From the NCBI GenBank assembly GCA_030615205.1, contig JAUWZS010000002.1, positions 131,212-195,211 of the forward strand: 64,000 bases of DNA, written 5' to 3'. The notes under the pieces were generated by a model. The model saw only the letters and a program-made list of their open reading frames with translations. It was not told where the DNA came from and did not search any database. Source of the stretch: Candidatus Aenigmatarchaeota archaeon (GTDB taxonomy: Archaea; Aenigmatarchaeota; Aenigmatarchaeia; CG10238-14; SCSR01). Of the stretch, positions 8,669 to 18,054 are shown in pieces. Each line of letters begins with the position of its first letter. Positions within the stretch are counted from its first letter, which is position 1. Made by a program: the position numbers and the translations under genes.

Positions 8669-8700
8669 CAATCAACTCAAATCGGATAGATTTTTGTTCT
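8669..8700 (+). repeat. arm-7bp-arm site, copy E (CAATCAACT-CAAATCG-GATAGATTT)
   Basis: matches copies C and D; begins 14 nt after the DUF4382 stop. Confidence 0.6.
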
Positions 8701-8795
8701 GAGGAGAGCTTAAGCTTTAAACCATCTATGATAAAAATGAAAAGAAACATTAAGAAAAGTTAAAAGTAACAGAAATAAAATTTTTGAACTATAGT

Positions 8796-9548
8796 TTAAA
8801 AAGTGAGCCAGCCGCCGTCAACAAAGATTGTTTCGCCTGTTATATAATTGGATTCGTCCGATGCTAAGAAAGCAGCAACATTCGCTATTTCTTCTGGCTG
8901 TCCGAGCCTGCCGAGCGGAATGCGCGCAAGAATCTGTTTAAGATATTTCGGATCGTCTTCGAGTTGCTTTGTCATATCTGTCTGGATCGCGCCTGGGCCG
9001 ATAGAGGTAACGTTTATCCTGTGCGGTGCGAGCTCCAGTGCCATTTGTTTTGTCAGCTCTATGACGCCAGCCTTTGCAGCACAGTAATGTGGAAGGTTAT
9101 GAAATCCTATAAAGCCTGCGATCGATGATATGTTTATTATTTTTCCGCCATTGCCTTGCTTAATCATTTGTTTAGCAGCTGCCTGTGAGCATAGAAAAAC
9201 ACCTTTCAAATCAACATCCATCAGAGCATCCCACTGTTCCTCTTTCAAATCCAAAAAATTCGCATAGGTAATCGTGCCAGCATTATTCACAAATATATCC
9301 AAACTGCCAAATCCTTTCACAGCCGCATCAACAAGTTTTTTTGCAGTTTCAGCTTTGCTTACATCGCCTTCCACAGCAACAGCCTTTCCACCAGCTTTTA
9401 CAATCTCATCAACAACCTTTTGCGCGCTTTCTTTCTTCCTGCTATTCACAACAACAGCCGCGCCTTCTTTTGCAAGCTTGATTGCTATTGCTTTTCCGAT
9501 ACCGCGTGAGGAGCCTGTGACAACTGCAACCTTATCCTTTAGTCTCAT
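8796..9548 (-). CDS. short-chain dehydrogenase/reductase (FabG/glucose 1-dehydrogenase-like)
   Basis: TGSSRGIG, NNAG, YCAAK, PG.I.TDM, ITGETIFVDGG; start MRLKDK. Confidence 0.95.
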   Translation of the reverse strand: MRLKDKVAVVTGSSRGIGKAIAIKLAKEGAAVVVNSRKKESAQKVVDEIVKAGGKAVAVEGDVSKAETAKKLVDAAVKGFGSLDIFVNNAGTITYANFLDLKEEQWDALMDVDLKGVFLCSQAAAKQMIKQGNGGKIINISSIAGFIGFHNLPHYCAAKAGVIELTKQMALELAPHRINVTSIGPGAIQTDMTKQLEDDPKYLKQILARIPLGRLGQPEEIANVAAFLASDESNYITGETIFVDGGWLTF

Positions 9549-9589
9549 ATAATTTAATTTGTAGTTTAGTAACATAAAACTTCTATAAA

Positions 9590-10411
9590 TCAAAAATATG
9601 CATAAATCAAAGCAACCATTCCTACAATCCAACAATAATACGCGAAGAAATAGAATTTTCCTTTATTCAAGATGCCCCACAGAAATTTAAGCGAGAGGTA
9701 TCCAACAACCGCAGCAATAACCGCGCCTGCAACCATTTCAAAGCCAATCGCAGCTAAATTCAAATTCACAGTTGCTCTGTACAGCTCAAACACGCTCGCC
9801 CCGATTATGGCAGGAATTGCAAGTAGAAATGAAAAAACGAATGCTTGTTGTCTGTTGATCTTCCTAAAAAGCGCTGAGGAAATTGTAATTCCGCTTCTTG
9901 AAATTCCCGGTAGCAGAGAAAATGCTTGTACGATGCCGACGAAGAAAGCATTTTTAGAATTTAATCTTTTTTCAACCCTGCCTCGAAAAATTTTTGTAAA
10001 ATATAAAATAGAACCTGTGATTATCAAAGCCGAACCGACTGCAACAAGGCTATTGAAAAGAGGCGTAATAAGATCGTAAAGAAAGAATCCTGCTAAAGCT
10101 ATTGGTATGCTGCCAATCAAAATAAACAAACCGAGCTTCCCATCGCCAGATTTAAAATCCAGCCGTACTATTGCCTGTAATATTTTCAAAATATCTTTCC
10201 AGAAAAATGCAAATAGAGCAAACAGCGTACCAGCGTGCAGCATAATATCAAAGAACAATGGCACTTGCATCCCAAACGCCTGCTGAGCAATGACCAGATG
10301 GCCTGAACTGGAAATCGGAAGCCATTCTGTCAGTCCTTGCACAATGCCTAGAAAAACTGCTTCGAATAAATTTACCACATCTACCACATTTACTATATCC
10401 GCCACATTCAT
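9590..10411 (-). CDS. uppP: undecaprenyl-diphosphate phosphatase (BacA/UppP)
   Basis: GIVQGLTEWLPISSSGH and LLPGISRSGITI motifs; multi-TM. Confidence 0.93.
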   Translation of the reverse strand: MNVADIVNVVDVVNLFEAVFLGIVQGLTEWLPISSSGHLVIAQQAFGMQVPLFFDIMLHAGTLFALFAFFWKDILKILQAIVRLDFKSGDGKLGLFILIGSIPIALAGFFLYDLITPLFNSLVAVGSALIITGSILYFTKIFRGRVEKRLNSKNAFFVGIVQAFSLLPGISRSGITISSALFRKINRQQAFVFSFLLAIPAIIGASVFELYRATVNLNLAAIGFEMVAGAVIAAVVGYLSLKFLWGILNKGKFYFFAYYCWIVGMVALIYAYF

Positions 10412-10463
10412 ATCGTTATACTTAATTTAACTTACTTATTATTAAAAAAATAAATGAATAATT

Positions 10464-13007
10464 ATGACTGAGAATAATCCCGGAAGCAAAACTGGGAGCA
10501 AACCAAAAACAATGATAAACAGAATAACAATGCAGGGATTCAAAAGCTTCAACAGGCGCGTGAGTGTGCCGTTGCTTATGGGCTTCAACATATTTTGCGG
10601 TCCGAACGGCGTCGGTAAATCGAATGTCGTCGATGCCATTTGTTTCGTGCTTGGCCGGACAAGTGCAAAGAGCATGCGTGCTGGCAGGCTTCATGAGATG
10701 ATTTTCCATGGCGGAGACGGAAAGGCTGCAGCCAAGCAGGCCGTTGTTACGCTTTATTTGGACAACAGCAGTGGTGCTTTCAAATTTGATGATGACGAAG
10801 TCTCTGTGACACGCAAAGTGAACAAAAAGGGCGTCTCTGTTTACAAACTCAACGGCCGCACGACAACGAGGCAGAAGGTGCTCGAGTTTCTTTCGAGTGC
10901 GCGGATATATCCAGACGGCCATAACATCGTGATGCAAGGCGATATAACGCAGATCATCGAGATGAACCCGATAGAGCGACGCGGGATGATAGATGAGATA
11001 TCTGGCATAGCAGAATACAATGATAAAAAAGCAAAAGCTAACCGGGATCTGGAAAAAGTTGACCAAAGACTGCGCGAAGCAGAGATAGTTATAAGTGAAA
11101 GATATGAACGTTTCAGGCGGCTTGAGCAGGAGCGCAATGCTGCGATAAAATACCAAAACCTGCAAAAACAGTTGGCATTGTTGCGTGCGTCATTGGCACA
11201 TAAAAAAGTAGAAACATTGGAAAATAAAATCAGGAAAACAGATGAAGACATAGAACGCAAGCAAATGCAAAGCGAACGGGTGGATTCGACAATAGAAAAG
11301 CTGGAAGCTGACATAGATGAGCGCGAAGAAAATATGCGTGACATAGCCGACAAGCTTATCGAGATGTCAAAACGTGTGGGTGAGGAAAAGAAAGTCTCCG
11401 AGCTTCGCTCAAGGATGCTGATCGTGAAGAGCCAGATAGATTCGAACATGCGCGAGATCGAAAGGCTCACAGCGCTTACAGACAAGCTTGAGGCCCTTGA
11501 ATCAAGAAAAATAGAGCTCACAGGCAGGATGCCGCGAGCTGTTAAGGCTATTCTCAAGCTCAAATTGCGGGGCGTTCATGGTGTTGTACGCGATCTTATC
11601 AGCGTGCCGGAAAAGTACTCTGTTGCTATCGAAATCACAGCAGGCAGGCATTTGAACGATATTGTTGTTGAAAGCGATGATATAGCCAGCTACTGTATAG
11701 ATTATTTGAAAAGGGAAAAGATCGGACGTGCTACTTTTTTGCCGCTCAATAAAATCCGGTCAGGCCTGTTCAAAAACACAAACCTGCTTCACAGGCCAGG
11801 CGTTGTAGGAGTTGCTTCCAAACTTATAAAATATAATACAAAGTTCATGCGGGCAATAGAATTTGTTTTCGGTCGTACGCTTGTTGTCGAGAATTTGGAT
11901 GCAGCACGAGCAATCGGCATAGGCTCAGCACGTATGGTGACATTGGATGGCGATCTGGTCGAGCGCTCAGGTGCAATGATAGGTGGCCATTTCATACGAA
12001 CGCATCTGAAAACAATCACCACATCAGCTGCAGAGGAAATCGAAAGATACGGCAAGCATAGAAAAAAGCTTGAAGAGGAAATCGAAACTCTGCGGGCAGG
12101 GCTTGAGGGCATGGAAAAAGAACTGGGAAAATATGCAAAATCCGAATCGATTGGAGAAGCTGTGAATCTTGAAAAGCTTCGCATAAGCTCGGAGCGCGAA
12201 ATGGATGAGCTTCGTACAAAACGCAAACGAACGTATGAACGTAAAGTGCGACTGCAGACCGATTTGAACAAATTGAACATAGAAAAAGCAAAAGCAGAAG
12301 CCGAGCTGCAAAACGCGAAAATAGAAATCAGCCAATACGGTGAGCTGGAGTATATAGACGATACTGTGCCAGGTTTGCAAAAGTTCATACGAAAAGCCGC
12401 AGACGAGCTTCAATCAATCGGCCTAGTAAATATGAAAGCAATTGAAGAATATGAGCTCTTCCGCTCGCACTTCGATGAATACAAAAAGAAATATGAAAAA
12501 ATCCTAGAAGAGAAGAAAGCTGTAATAGATATGATGGAAGAGATAGAGGGCAAAAGAATGGAAGTTTTCTACAACTGCTTGAAAATAGTCAGCCAGCATT
12601 TTAGCAACACCTTTACCAAAATGACAAACGGTACAGCCTCCTTGCAGCTTGAAGATCAATCAAATCTTGAAAGCGGTCTCTTAATCCAAGCAAACCCAGG
12701 AGGCAAACGCATGCTGAATATAGATTCGATGTCCGGCGGAGAGAAAACCATAACAGCACTTGCATTTATTTTCGCAATCCAAAAATACAAGCCTGCTCCA
12801 TTCTACATACTCGACGAGGTAGACGCGGCGCTGGACAAGGAAAACAGCCAGAAAATGGCAGAACTCATAAAAGCACTGTCCACAAACGAGCAATTCGTAA
12901 TGATCACGCATAATGACCAGACAATAAAATACGGCGACCGAGTGTATGGAATGACAATGGAGCGTGGTGAATCAAAGATATTGGGCGTTGAGCTGCCGAA
13001 AAGTTAG
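10464..13007 (+). CDS. smc: chromosome segregation protein SMC (short-arm, 847 aa)
   Basis: GFKSF, Walker A GPNGVGKSN, hinge GVHG...GRATFLPL...VTLDGDL..RSGAMIGG, signature MSGGEK, Walker B ILDEVDAALD, H-loop ITH; scpA follows directly. Confidence 0.95.
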   Translation: MTENNPGSKTGSKPKTMINRITMQGFKSFNRRVSVPLLMGFNIFCGPNGVGKSNVVDAICFVLGRTSAKSMRAGRLHEMIFHGGDGKAAAKQAVVTLYLDNSSGAFKFDDDEVSVTRKVNKKGVSVYKLNGRTTTRQKVLEFLSSARIYPDGHNIVMQGDITQIIEMNPIERRGMIDEISGIAEYNDKKAKANRDLEKVDQRLREAEIVISERYERFRRLEQERNAAIKYQNLQKQLALLRASLAHKKVETLENKIRKTDEDIERKQMQSERVDSTIEKLEADIDEREENMRDIADKLIEMSKRVGEEKKVSELRSRMLIVKSQIDSNMREIERLTALTDKLEALESRKIELTGRMPRAVKAILKLKLRGVHGVVRDLISVPEKYSVAIEITAGRHLNDIVVESDDIASYCIDYLKREKIGRATFLPLNKIRSGLFKNTNLLHRPGVVGVASKLIKYNTKFMRAIEFVFGRTLVVENLDAARAIGIGSARMVTLDGDLVERSGAMIGGHFIRTHLKTITTSAAEEIERYGKHRKKLEEEIETLRAGLEGMEKELGKYAKSESIGEAVNLEKLRISSEREMDELRTKRKRTYERKVRLQTDLNKLNIEKAKAEAELQNAKIEISQYGELEYIDDTVPGLQKFIRKAADELQSIGLVNMKAIEEYELFRSHFDEYKKKYEKILEEKKAVIDMMEEIEGKRMEVFYNCLKIVSQHFSNTFTKMTNGTASLQLEDQSNLESGLLIQANPGGKRMLNIDSMSGGEKTITALAFIFAIQKYKPAPFYILDEVDAALDKENSQKMAELIKALSTNEQFVMITHNDQTIKYGDRVYGMTMERGESKILGVELPKS

Positions 13008-13040
13008 ACTGCTGAAAGGTTAGACTATGGTGAATTAAAA

Positions 13041-13751
13041 ATGGTGGAAGAGGACAATCTTTTGAAAATGATACTCGAAAAGGAAAGTTGGGAAGAAATA
13101 ATCTATCAAATCGTCAGTCTTGAACAGATAGATCCGTGGGATGTAGACCTTATCAAGCTAACAGAAGGTTTCTTACGCTTCATCCGACCAGCCGAGCAGC
13201 TCGACTTTCGCATACCTGCAAAGATTGTTTTTGTAGCAGCAATCCTTCTCCGGCTAAAATCCGATTATCTATCAATCTTCGAAGAACGCTCTGCAGTTGA
13301 GGAGGTGCTAGAGCGGGAAAAACCGTTTGTTGATCTGGGTATTGACCCAAATCTAGTAAAGCTTGGTCTGCCAATGAAGCGCGTGCCAAAGCGTCAAGTC
13401 ACGCTAGACGAGCTCATAGTCGCATTGAAGAAAGCTGTGACAGTACGCGAGAGGAAAGTTGAAAGAAAGCACCGCATACGTGCACGGCTGCGTGCAGAAC
13501 TCAAAGCAGAAGAAGATATAACAAAACGAATAGAAAAAGTCATGGCTGATATAGAACACCGCATGCAAGCAGCACGCTCGGACAAACTGAAATTCAGGGA
13601 TCTCGTAGAAAAATGGGAACGTGAAGAAGTCTTGAATCACTTCATCCCAATTCTACACCTCGAAAAAAACCAAAAAATATCCACAGAACAAGAAGAATTT
13701 TTCAAAGAGATATATATCAGCAGGAGGAATTTCCCTGAAAAATACATTTAA
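13041..13751 (+). CDS. scpA: kleisin ScpA
   Basis: IDPWDVDL..L...F, AAILLRLKS, VTLDEL..AL, FIPILHL...Q.EFF.EI; directly after smc. Confidence 0.9.
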   Translation: MVEEDNLLKMILEKESWEEIIYQIVSLEQIDPWDVDLIKLTEGFLRFIRPAEQLDFRIPAKIVFVAAILLRLKSDYLSIFEERSAVEEVLEREKPFVDLGIDPNLVKLGLPMKRVPKRQVTLDELIVALKKAVTVRERKVERKHRIRARLRAELKAEEDITKRIEKVMADIEHRMQAARSDKLKFRDLVEKWEREEVLNHFIPILHLEKNQKISTEQEEFFKEIYISRRNFPEKYI

Positions 13752-13774
13752 AGTACAAATTTTATAAATTAACT

Positions 13775-14044
13775 ATGAGATTTAAGGAGTTTTCTAAAAA
13801 ATATTGGTTTATATTCGTTATCATAATCGTGATGATTATCGCAATATTTTTATTTTTACCAACTCAGATGTATAATTGCAACCAGGATTTTGATTGCAAA
13901 AGAGTTGAATTATGCGAGTGTAAATGCATTAATAAAAATCTCGAATGGTTTTATCAATTAACTACTCAACCTTGTTTATATGGTCTTTGCTATGGAGATT
14001 GTGTTTGCCAAAATAATAAATGTACTTTAACTAATTATCCTTAA
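13775..14044 (+). CDS. small membrane-anchored Cys-rich protein
   Basis: N-terminal TM then C..D.DC....C.C.C.N...C.C.NNKC. Confidence 0.7.
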   Translation: MRFKEFSKKYWFIFVIIIVMIIAIFLFLPTQMYNCNQDFDCKRVELCECKCINKNLEWFYQLTTQPCLYGLCYGDCVCQNNKCTLTNYP

Positions 14045-14160
14045 TTTTGGTTTTAGGTAATTCCTCTTGGTTGTATAGTTTATTCAAGGAAATATTCATA
14101 TGTTTGAGCATCGAAAGTCTTAAAATGTATTGAACTAAACTAATATTAGGTGGTATAAAA

Positions 14161-14427
14161 ATGGTTAAGGTAAAAAAGAGGAATGGAAGAATAGAAGATT
14201 TCATGGAATCAAAAATCACAACAGGTTGTCAAAAGGCAGGTGCAACTGCTGAAGAGGCTGCACAAGTAGTAAAGGATGTTTCTATGAGCATTGTAAATAT
14301 GGCCATAGTTCCGGCTGAACAGTTATCACAAATGGTAGTAACATCACTTAGGAAAGTCAATAATGCCGCTGCAGATGCATTCGTTAAATTCAGAGATGAA
14401 AAATTGAAAACCAAAAAATCAGAATAA
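14161..14427 (+). CDS. stand-alone ATP-cone domain protein
   Basis: VKKRNGRIEDF..SKI....KAG; AGGTGG SD. Confidence 0.85.
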   Translation: MVKVKKRNGRIEDFMESKITTGCQKAGATAEEAAQVVKDVSMSIVNMAIVPAEQLSQMVVTSLRKVNNAAADAFVKFRDEKLKTKKSE

Positions 14428-14523
14428 TATCAAATAACTATTCTTCAAGGAGATCTACATATCAAGAAGAATCTCCACTTCGGACCAATCGGAAAGTTGT
14501 GAATAGTTGTCAACCTTACAATT

Positions 14524-15174
14524 TTAAAATGTATTACTTGTCTTTCGGCTAAACGATATTTTTATAGAATATAAAATTCTCAGTGCCCATTCCAACATGA
14601 TACAGAATGATAAAAATTTGAATATTTCCCAACCCATAGAAGACGTAGTAGCCAATCGCCCCATTAATAAATCCCAAGAAAAGAAATTGGGATCGATTAG
14701 GAATATAGCCAATAGAGCGAAGGGAACAAGCTTTGCCAAATCTCGTGATAAATCTTCATTTAAATAGGAAATAATTCTAACCGCGGATACGAGGGTTATT
14801 GAAATGAGTATTATTTGTCTAACAGGAACATCTTTTGTCATTACAAACATTAAGACAGAGAGAACTGCAAACCAGAAACCAACATAAAATGGAAAAGCTA
14901 TACCATATTTTAAAATGTAGAGAAAAACACTTGCTGCTTTTTTTGTTCTGTTCCATTTCATCCCTGGAATTTCGTATTTGCTCAAATCCAATTTGAACAA
15001 GTCCCTTTTTGACAAAATTCTATAGAAAAACCAAATGAAAACTACGTAGAAAAAAATACCTATAGTAAAAATTAACAATTCCAAATAAGTCGTGGTTATC
15101 ATATTATAAAATATAGAGAAGTAATTTGCAGATTGTAAAGTTTGGATAAAACCAGTAACATTAAATTCAAACAT
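14524..15174 (-). CDS. multi-pass membrane protein
   Basis: about 5 hydrophobic helices; AVRIISY.NEDLSRDLAKLVPF. Confidence 0.75.
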   Translation of the reverse strand: MFEFNVTGFIQTLQSANYFSIFYNMITTTYLELLIFTIGIFFYVVFIWFFYRILSKRDLFKLDLSKYEIPGMKWNRTKKAASVFLYILKYGIAFPFYVGFWFAVLSVLMFVMTKDVPVRQIILISITLVSAVRIISYLNEDLSRDLAKLVPFALLAIFLIDPNFFSWDLLMGRLATTSSMGWEIFKFLSFCIMLEWALRILYSIKISFSRKTSNTF

Positions 15175-15215
15175 AATCTATTTAACGTGAGTTCTTTTAA
15201 ATAAGTCTTTTAGAA

Positions 15216-15235
15216 CGCCCGGAGTGGGATTTGAA
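15216..15235 (-). other. isolated tRNA 3'-end fragment (att-like remnant)
   Basis: minus strand TTCAAAT-CCCAC-TCCGGGC-G = T-loop, T-stem, acceptor strand and discriminator; no D or anticodon arm upstream. Confidence 0.55.
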
Positions 15236-15302
15236 GACACGAATATTCGTTCTAGAATGAATAAACTTTTATTTTATATATCCTTACATAATTCTGATTG
15301 AA

Positions 15303-16574
15303 TTGAGTTGGTTAGACAGGATTTTTGGAAAAAAAGAAGAAGAAAGGTTTGAAGAAACAAAGATGTCGCTGAAAGAGGTAGAAGATTTTCTAGCGAACAA
15401 AATGAAAAAAGATTTTGAACCTTTTAAAAAGTCAGCTAAAAAAGAATATGGAAACTTACAGCTAGTTGCCGATACCATGCAAGATCAACTGAAAAGCCTT
15501 ATACAGGCGCCTTATTCTGAAAGAACCTATCCCATACTTATAAGAAAATCTGTGGGAAGTAGAAAAAGTTTTGTCTATAAGATGAGGAGCTTGGTCAAAC
15601 AGATACAAAAACCAATTGGAGAAGACATGACTTCTATTCTTAATTTCCATAATGAAACTGCTAAATCAATCAATATCACAAACACAAAAACACTGAGAGA
15701 ATACGCATTTGTGAAAGAATTGTTCGAAAAGGAAGCAAAAAAAGTATTACAAAGCTTTCGCCAGATAGTTGAAATAGACAAGAAATTGGGAAATATAGTC
15801 AAAGAGTTCATAGAATCTAATGCACAACTGTTAAAGGTACAAGAGGTTGCTGCTGAAGTATTAAAATTAACAGAAGAACTGAAAAAGAAAAATGAAACGA
15901 ACGGATTAGAAAAAATGCTGAAAGAAATAGGGAATAAAAATAAGAAAATTGAAGATGAGTTGAAAAAATTACTTGATAGCAATGAGTGGAAAACATTTTT
16001 GGGGATGCAAAGAATTAGGGAAGATATGAAAACAAGTCTGCAGAATAAAAAATCTGATTTTATACAATCTGTCACAAAAGTAGAAAAACCCTTGAAGAAA
16101 TACAAATGGTCTGTTGAAAATAAAATTTTGGATGATTATGCACAACATTCGTTTGAATCTATTTTATCTGAAGATCCTAAGGGGGAAGTTTTCATGTCCG
16201 CCATCAAAGATATGAAAATAAAGATAATTGAAGGGAAGATGGATTTGAAGGATAGTGACAAATGTCTGGCTGTTATAGAAAGAATGATAGAAGACAATAC
16301 CATAGGAAAAATCCTTGAGGAATATTTAAAGCTTTCAGAGGAATTGAGAAACCAAGAAGAAAAAATAGCATTACAAGAAGTTCCAAAAAGAAAGAGTAAT
16401 TTAGAAACTGAGATGAGTAAATTAAAAAGAGAAATGGAAGAAATCAAAGCTGAGAAGGAAAGAGTTGAAGAGCGAAGAAAAAGAATGCAAACAGATAAAG
16501 AACAAAAATTAAAAGAATTGGAAAATTTGCTAAATGATGTTGCTGGTAAAAGAATTTTATTAGAAATAAACTAA
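15303..16574 (+). CDS. long coiled-coil hypothetical protein
   Basis: 423-aa K/E-rich heptads; no ATPase motifs. Confidence 0.75.
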   Translation: MSWLDRIFGKKEEERFEETKMSLKEVEDFLANKMKKDFEPFKKSAKKEYGNLQLVADTMQDQLKSLIQAPYSERTYPILIRKSVGSRKSFVYKMRSLVKQIQKPIGEDMTSILNFHNETAKSINITNTKTLREYAFVKELFEKEAKKVLQSFRQIVEIDKKLGNIVKEFIESNAQLLKVQEVAAEVLKLTEELKKKNETNGLEKMLKEIGNKNKKIEDELKKLLDSNEWKTFLGMQRIREDMKTSLQNKKSDFIQSVTKVEKPLKKYKWSVENKILDDYAQHSFESILSEDPKGEVFMSAIKDMKIKIIEGKMDLKDSDKCLAVIERMIEDNTIGKILEEYLKLSEELRNQEEKIALQEVPKRKSNLETEMSKLKREMEEIKAEKERVEERRKRMQTDKEQKLKELENLLNDVAGKRILLEIN

Positions 16575-16604
16575 CTTATAATTTTGAAAAACAAAAATAA
16601 TTAT

Positions 16605-16862
16605 ATGGAAACTTACAGTCCTGAAGAAGTTAAAAAAATCATAGGAATGTTGAGTTCAATCAATGCTAAAGTCAAAAAGACTAAAGGTGATGAACCCACC
16701 AAACTTGAAAAGCAGATAGGATATCTGAAGCAAAGGCTCAAGTTTTTCAACCCGACAAAGAAAATGCTCGGTTACATAATTAATCAAGCTGAACATAGCA
16801 AAGTAAAACTAGATCCAGTTCTTTTGGAAAAACTAAAAAACGAGTTTATCAAGAAAGGTTAG
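16605..16862 (+). CDS. hypothetical protein
   Basis: ORF from METYSPEEVKK. Confidence 0.5.
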   Translation: METYSPEEVKKIIGMLSSINAKVKKTKGDEPTKLEKQIGYLKQRLKFFNPTKKMLGYIINQAEHSKVKLDPVLLEKLKNEFIKKG

Positions 16863-16963
16863 CACTCGAACTCTTTCTATCATTATTTGACAGTTCTATA
16901 GTTTTAAAAAATAAATCAAAGAAAAAAATCTTAAACTGGTAATCTAAAACATTTTTGATACAA

Positions 16964-17116
16964 TCAGTATTTTCTATGTTTTGGATAACATTCTTTACAA
17001 TAAACTGGTCTGTCTCCAGAAGGCTTGAAAGGAACTTCACACTCTTTTCCGCAATCTGCACAAGTTGCCTTATGCATCTCACGTGGTCCGCCAAACCCGC
17101 GTTCTTGGAATACCAT
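16964..17116 (-). CDS. CxxC-x17-CxxC zinc-finger microprotein (50 aa, not in the ORF track)
   Basis: translated by hand: MVFQERGFGGPREMHKATCADCGKECEVPFKPSGDRPVYCKECYPKHRKY; AGGTGA SD upstream. Confidence 0.93.
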   Translation of the reverse strand: MVFQERGFGGPREMHKATCADCGKECEVPFKPSGDRPVYCKECYPKHRKY

Positions 17117-17309
17117 ATATTCACCTTTTTTGTTTTGAAATATACAAAGACTTACTAGGAGTAGAATCTGTTGTATACTGTAAAGTTTATTATGAAATGG
17201 GGTTTAAATACCTTCGTCTAACGCTTCAAACCAATTTTCTCCCTCCATTGACAATATCTTATTATACTATTTTTAAATATTAATTATTAAGCCAAATCAA
17301 ATATAATCT

Positions 17310-17513
17310 ATGGTTAAGAAAAAAATAAAACGGATTAAACAAATGAAACCGTGTATGCCAGATCATTTGCATTTCGCAAAGAAGAAGATGGTCTTCGGCT
17401 TCATGCTGTTCCTATTTGGTCTTATTATATATTTGGGATACAGTTGGGAAATCGCTTTCATGGTCATCGGAGCATTAATATTCTTGAAAGGATTGATGCA
17501 CCTTAAGAAATAA
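17310..17513 (+). CDS. small two-TM membrane protein
   Basis: 67 aa, two hydrophobic segments. Confidence 0.6.
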   Translation: MVKKKIKRIKQMKPCMPDHLHFAKKKMVFGFMLFLFGLIIYLGYSWEIAFMVIGALIFLKGLMHLKK

Positions 17514-17532
17514 TAGCAACTATCGCAAATGG

Positions 17533-18054
17533 TCAGCTGATAAGAAATAGGAAGACCAAATACCCAGCAACGATCCCAGCAACACTCGAGATCATCATTA
17601 TCAATATCCTCCTTTTAGTGAACAACCCTGGTCTACGTTCTGACAGCTTTGGCATTTTAGGTATTGAAAACTCTTCCGAATGTCCAGGCTCTTCTACTGG
17701 CAGTCCCTCTTTTACAGCAGGCTCATATGCAACAGGCTCTTTTCCATCAACAACTTTCTGTACATATTCTGAGATTTTCTCTTCTACGTCAACAGAACCA
17801 TTTATCGGCTGTTCGATTTCTGGCCGTTGTTTGACTTCATGTTCCTTTTTGACTTCTTTCTTAACTTCTATCTCTTTCTCGACTTTTTCAGGTTCTTCTT
17901 GCACATGTTCTGCTGCTGGGCTTGGGGTTGGAGCTGCTATTGAGGGTGGAGTTGGGACTGTAATAGAGGCTGAAGTAGATTGCGATAAAACACTTTCTCC
18001 TTCACTGATTGTTTGCAGCTTCTTTTTTACCCATTCTCGGACTTGCTCATCCAT
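17533..18054 (-). CDS. tail-anchored low-complexity protein
   Basis: P/E/K-rich disordered body, C-terminal TM; start MDEQVREW. Confidence 0.65.
   Translation of the reverse strand: MDEQVREWVKKKLQTISEGESVLSQSTSASITVPTPPSIAAPTPSPAAEHVQEEPEKVEKEIEVKKEVKKEHEVKQRPEIEQPINGSVDVEEKISEYVQKVVDGKEPVAYEPAVKEGLPVEEPGHSEEFSIPKMPKLSERRPGLFTKRRILIMMISSVAGIVAGYLVFLFLIS

Noticed and set aside
10422..12911. Long antisense ORFs (247, 240, 199 aa etc.) opposite smc
   Set aside because: Shadow frames of a strongly conserved gene; no motifs.
16849..17283. Three overlapping 67-91 aa ORFs in the track
   Set aside because: Explained by the real 50-aa zinc-finger gene in another frame.
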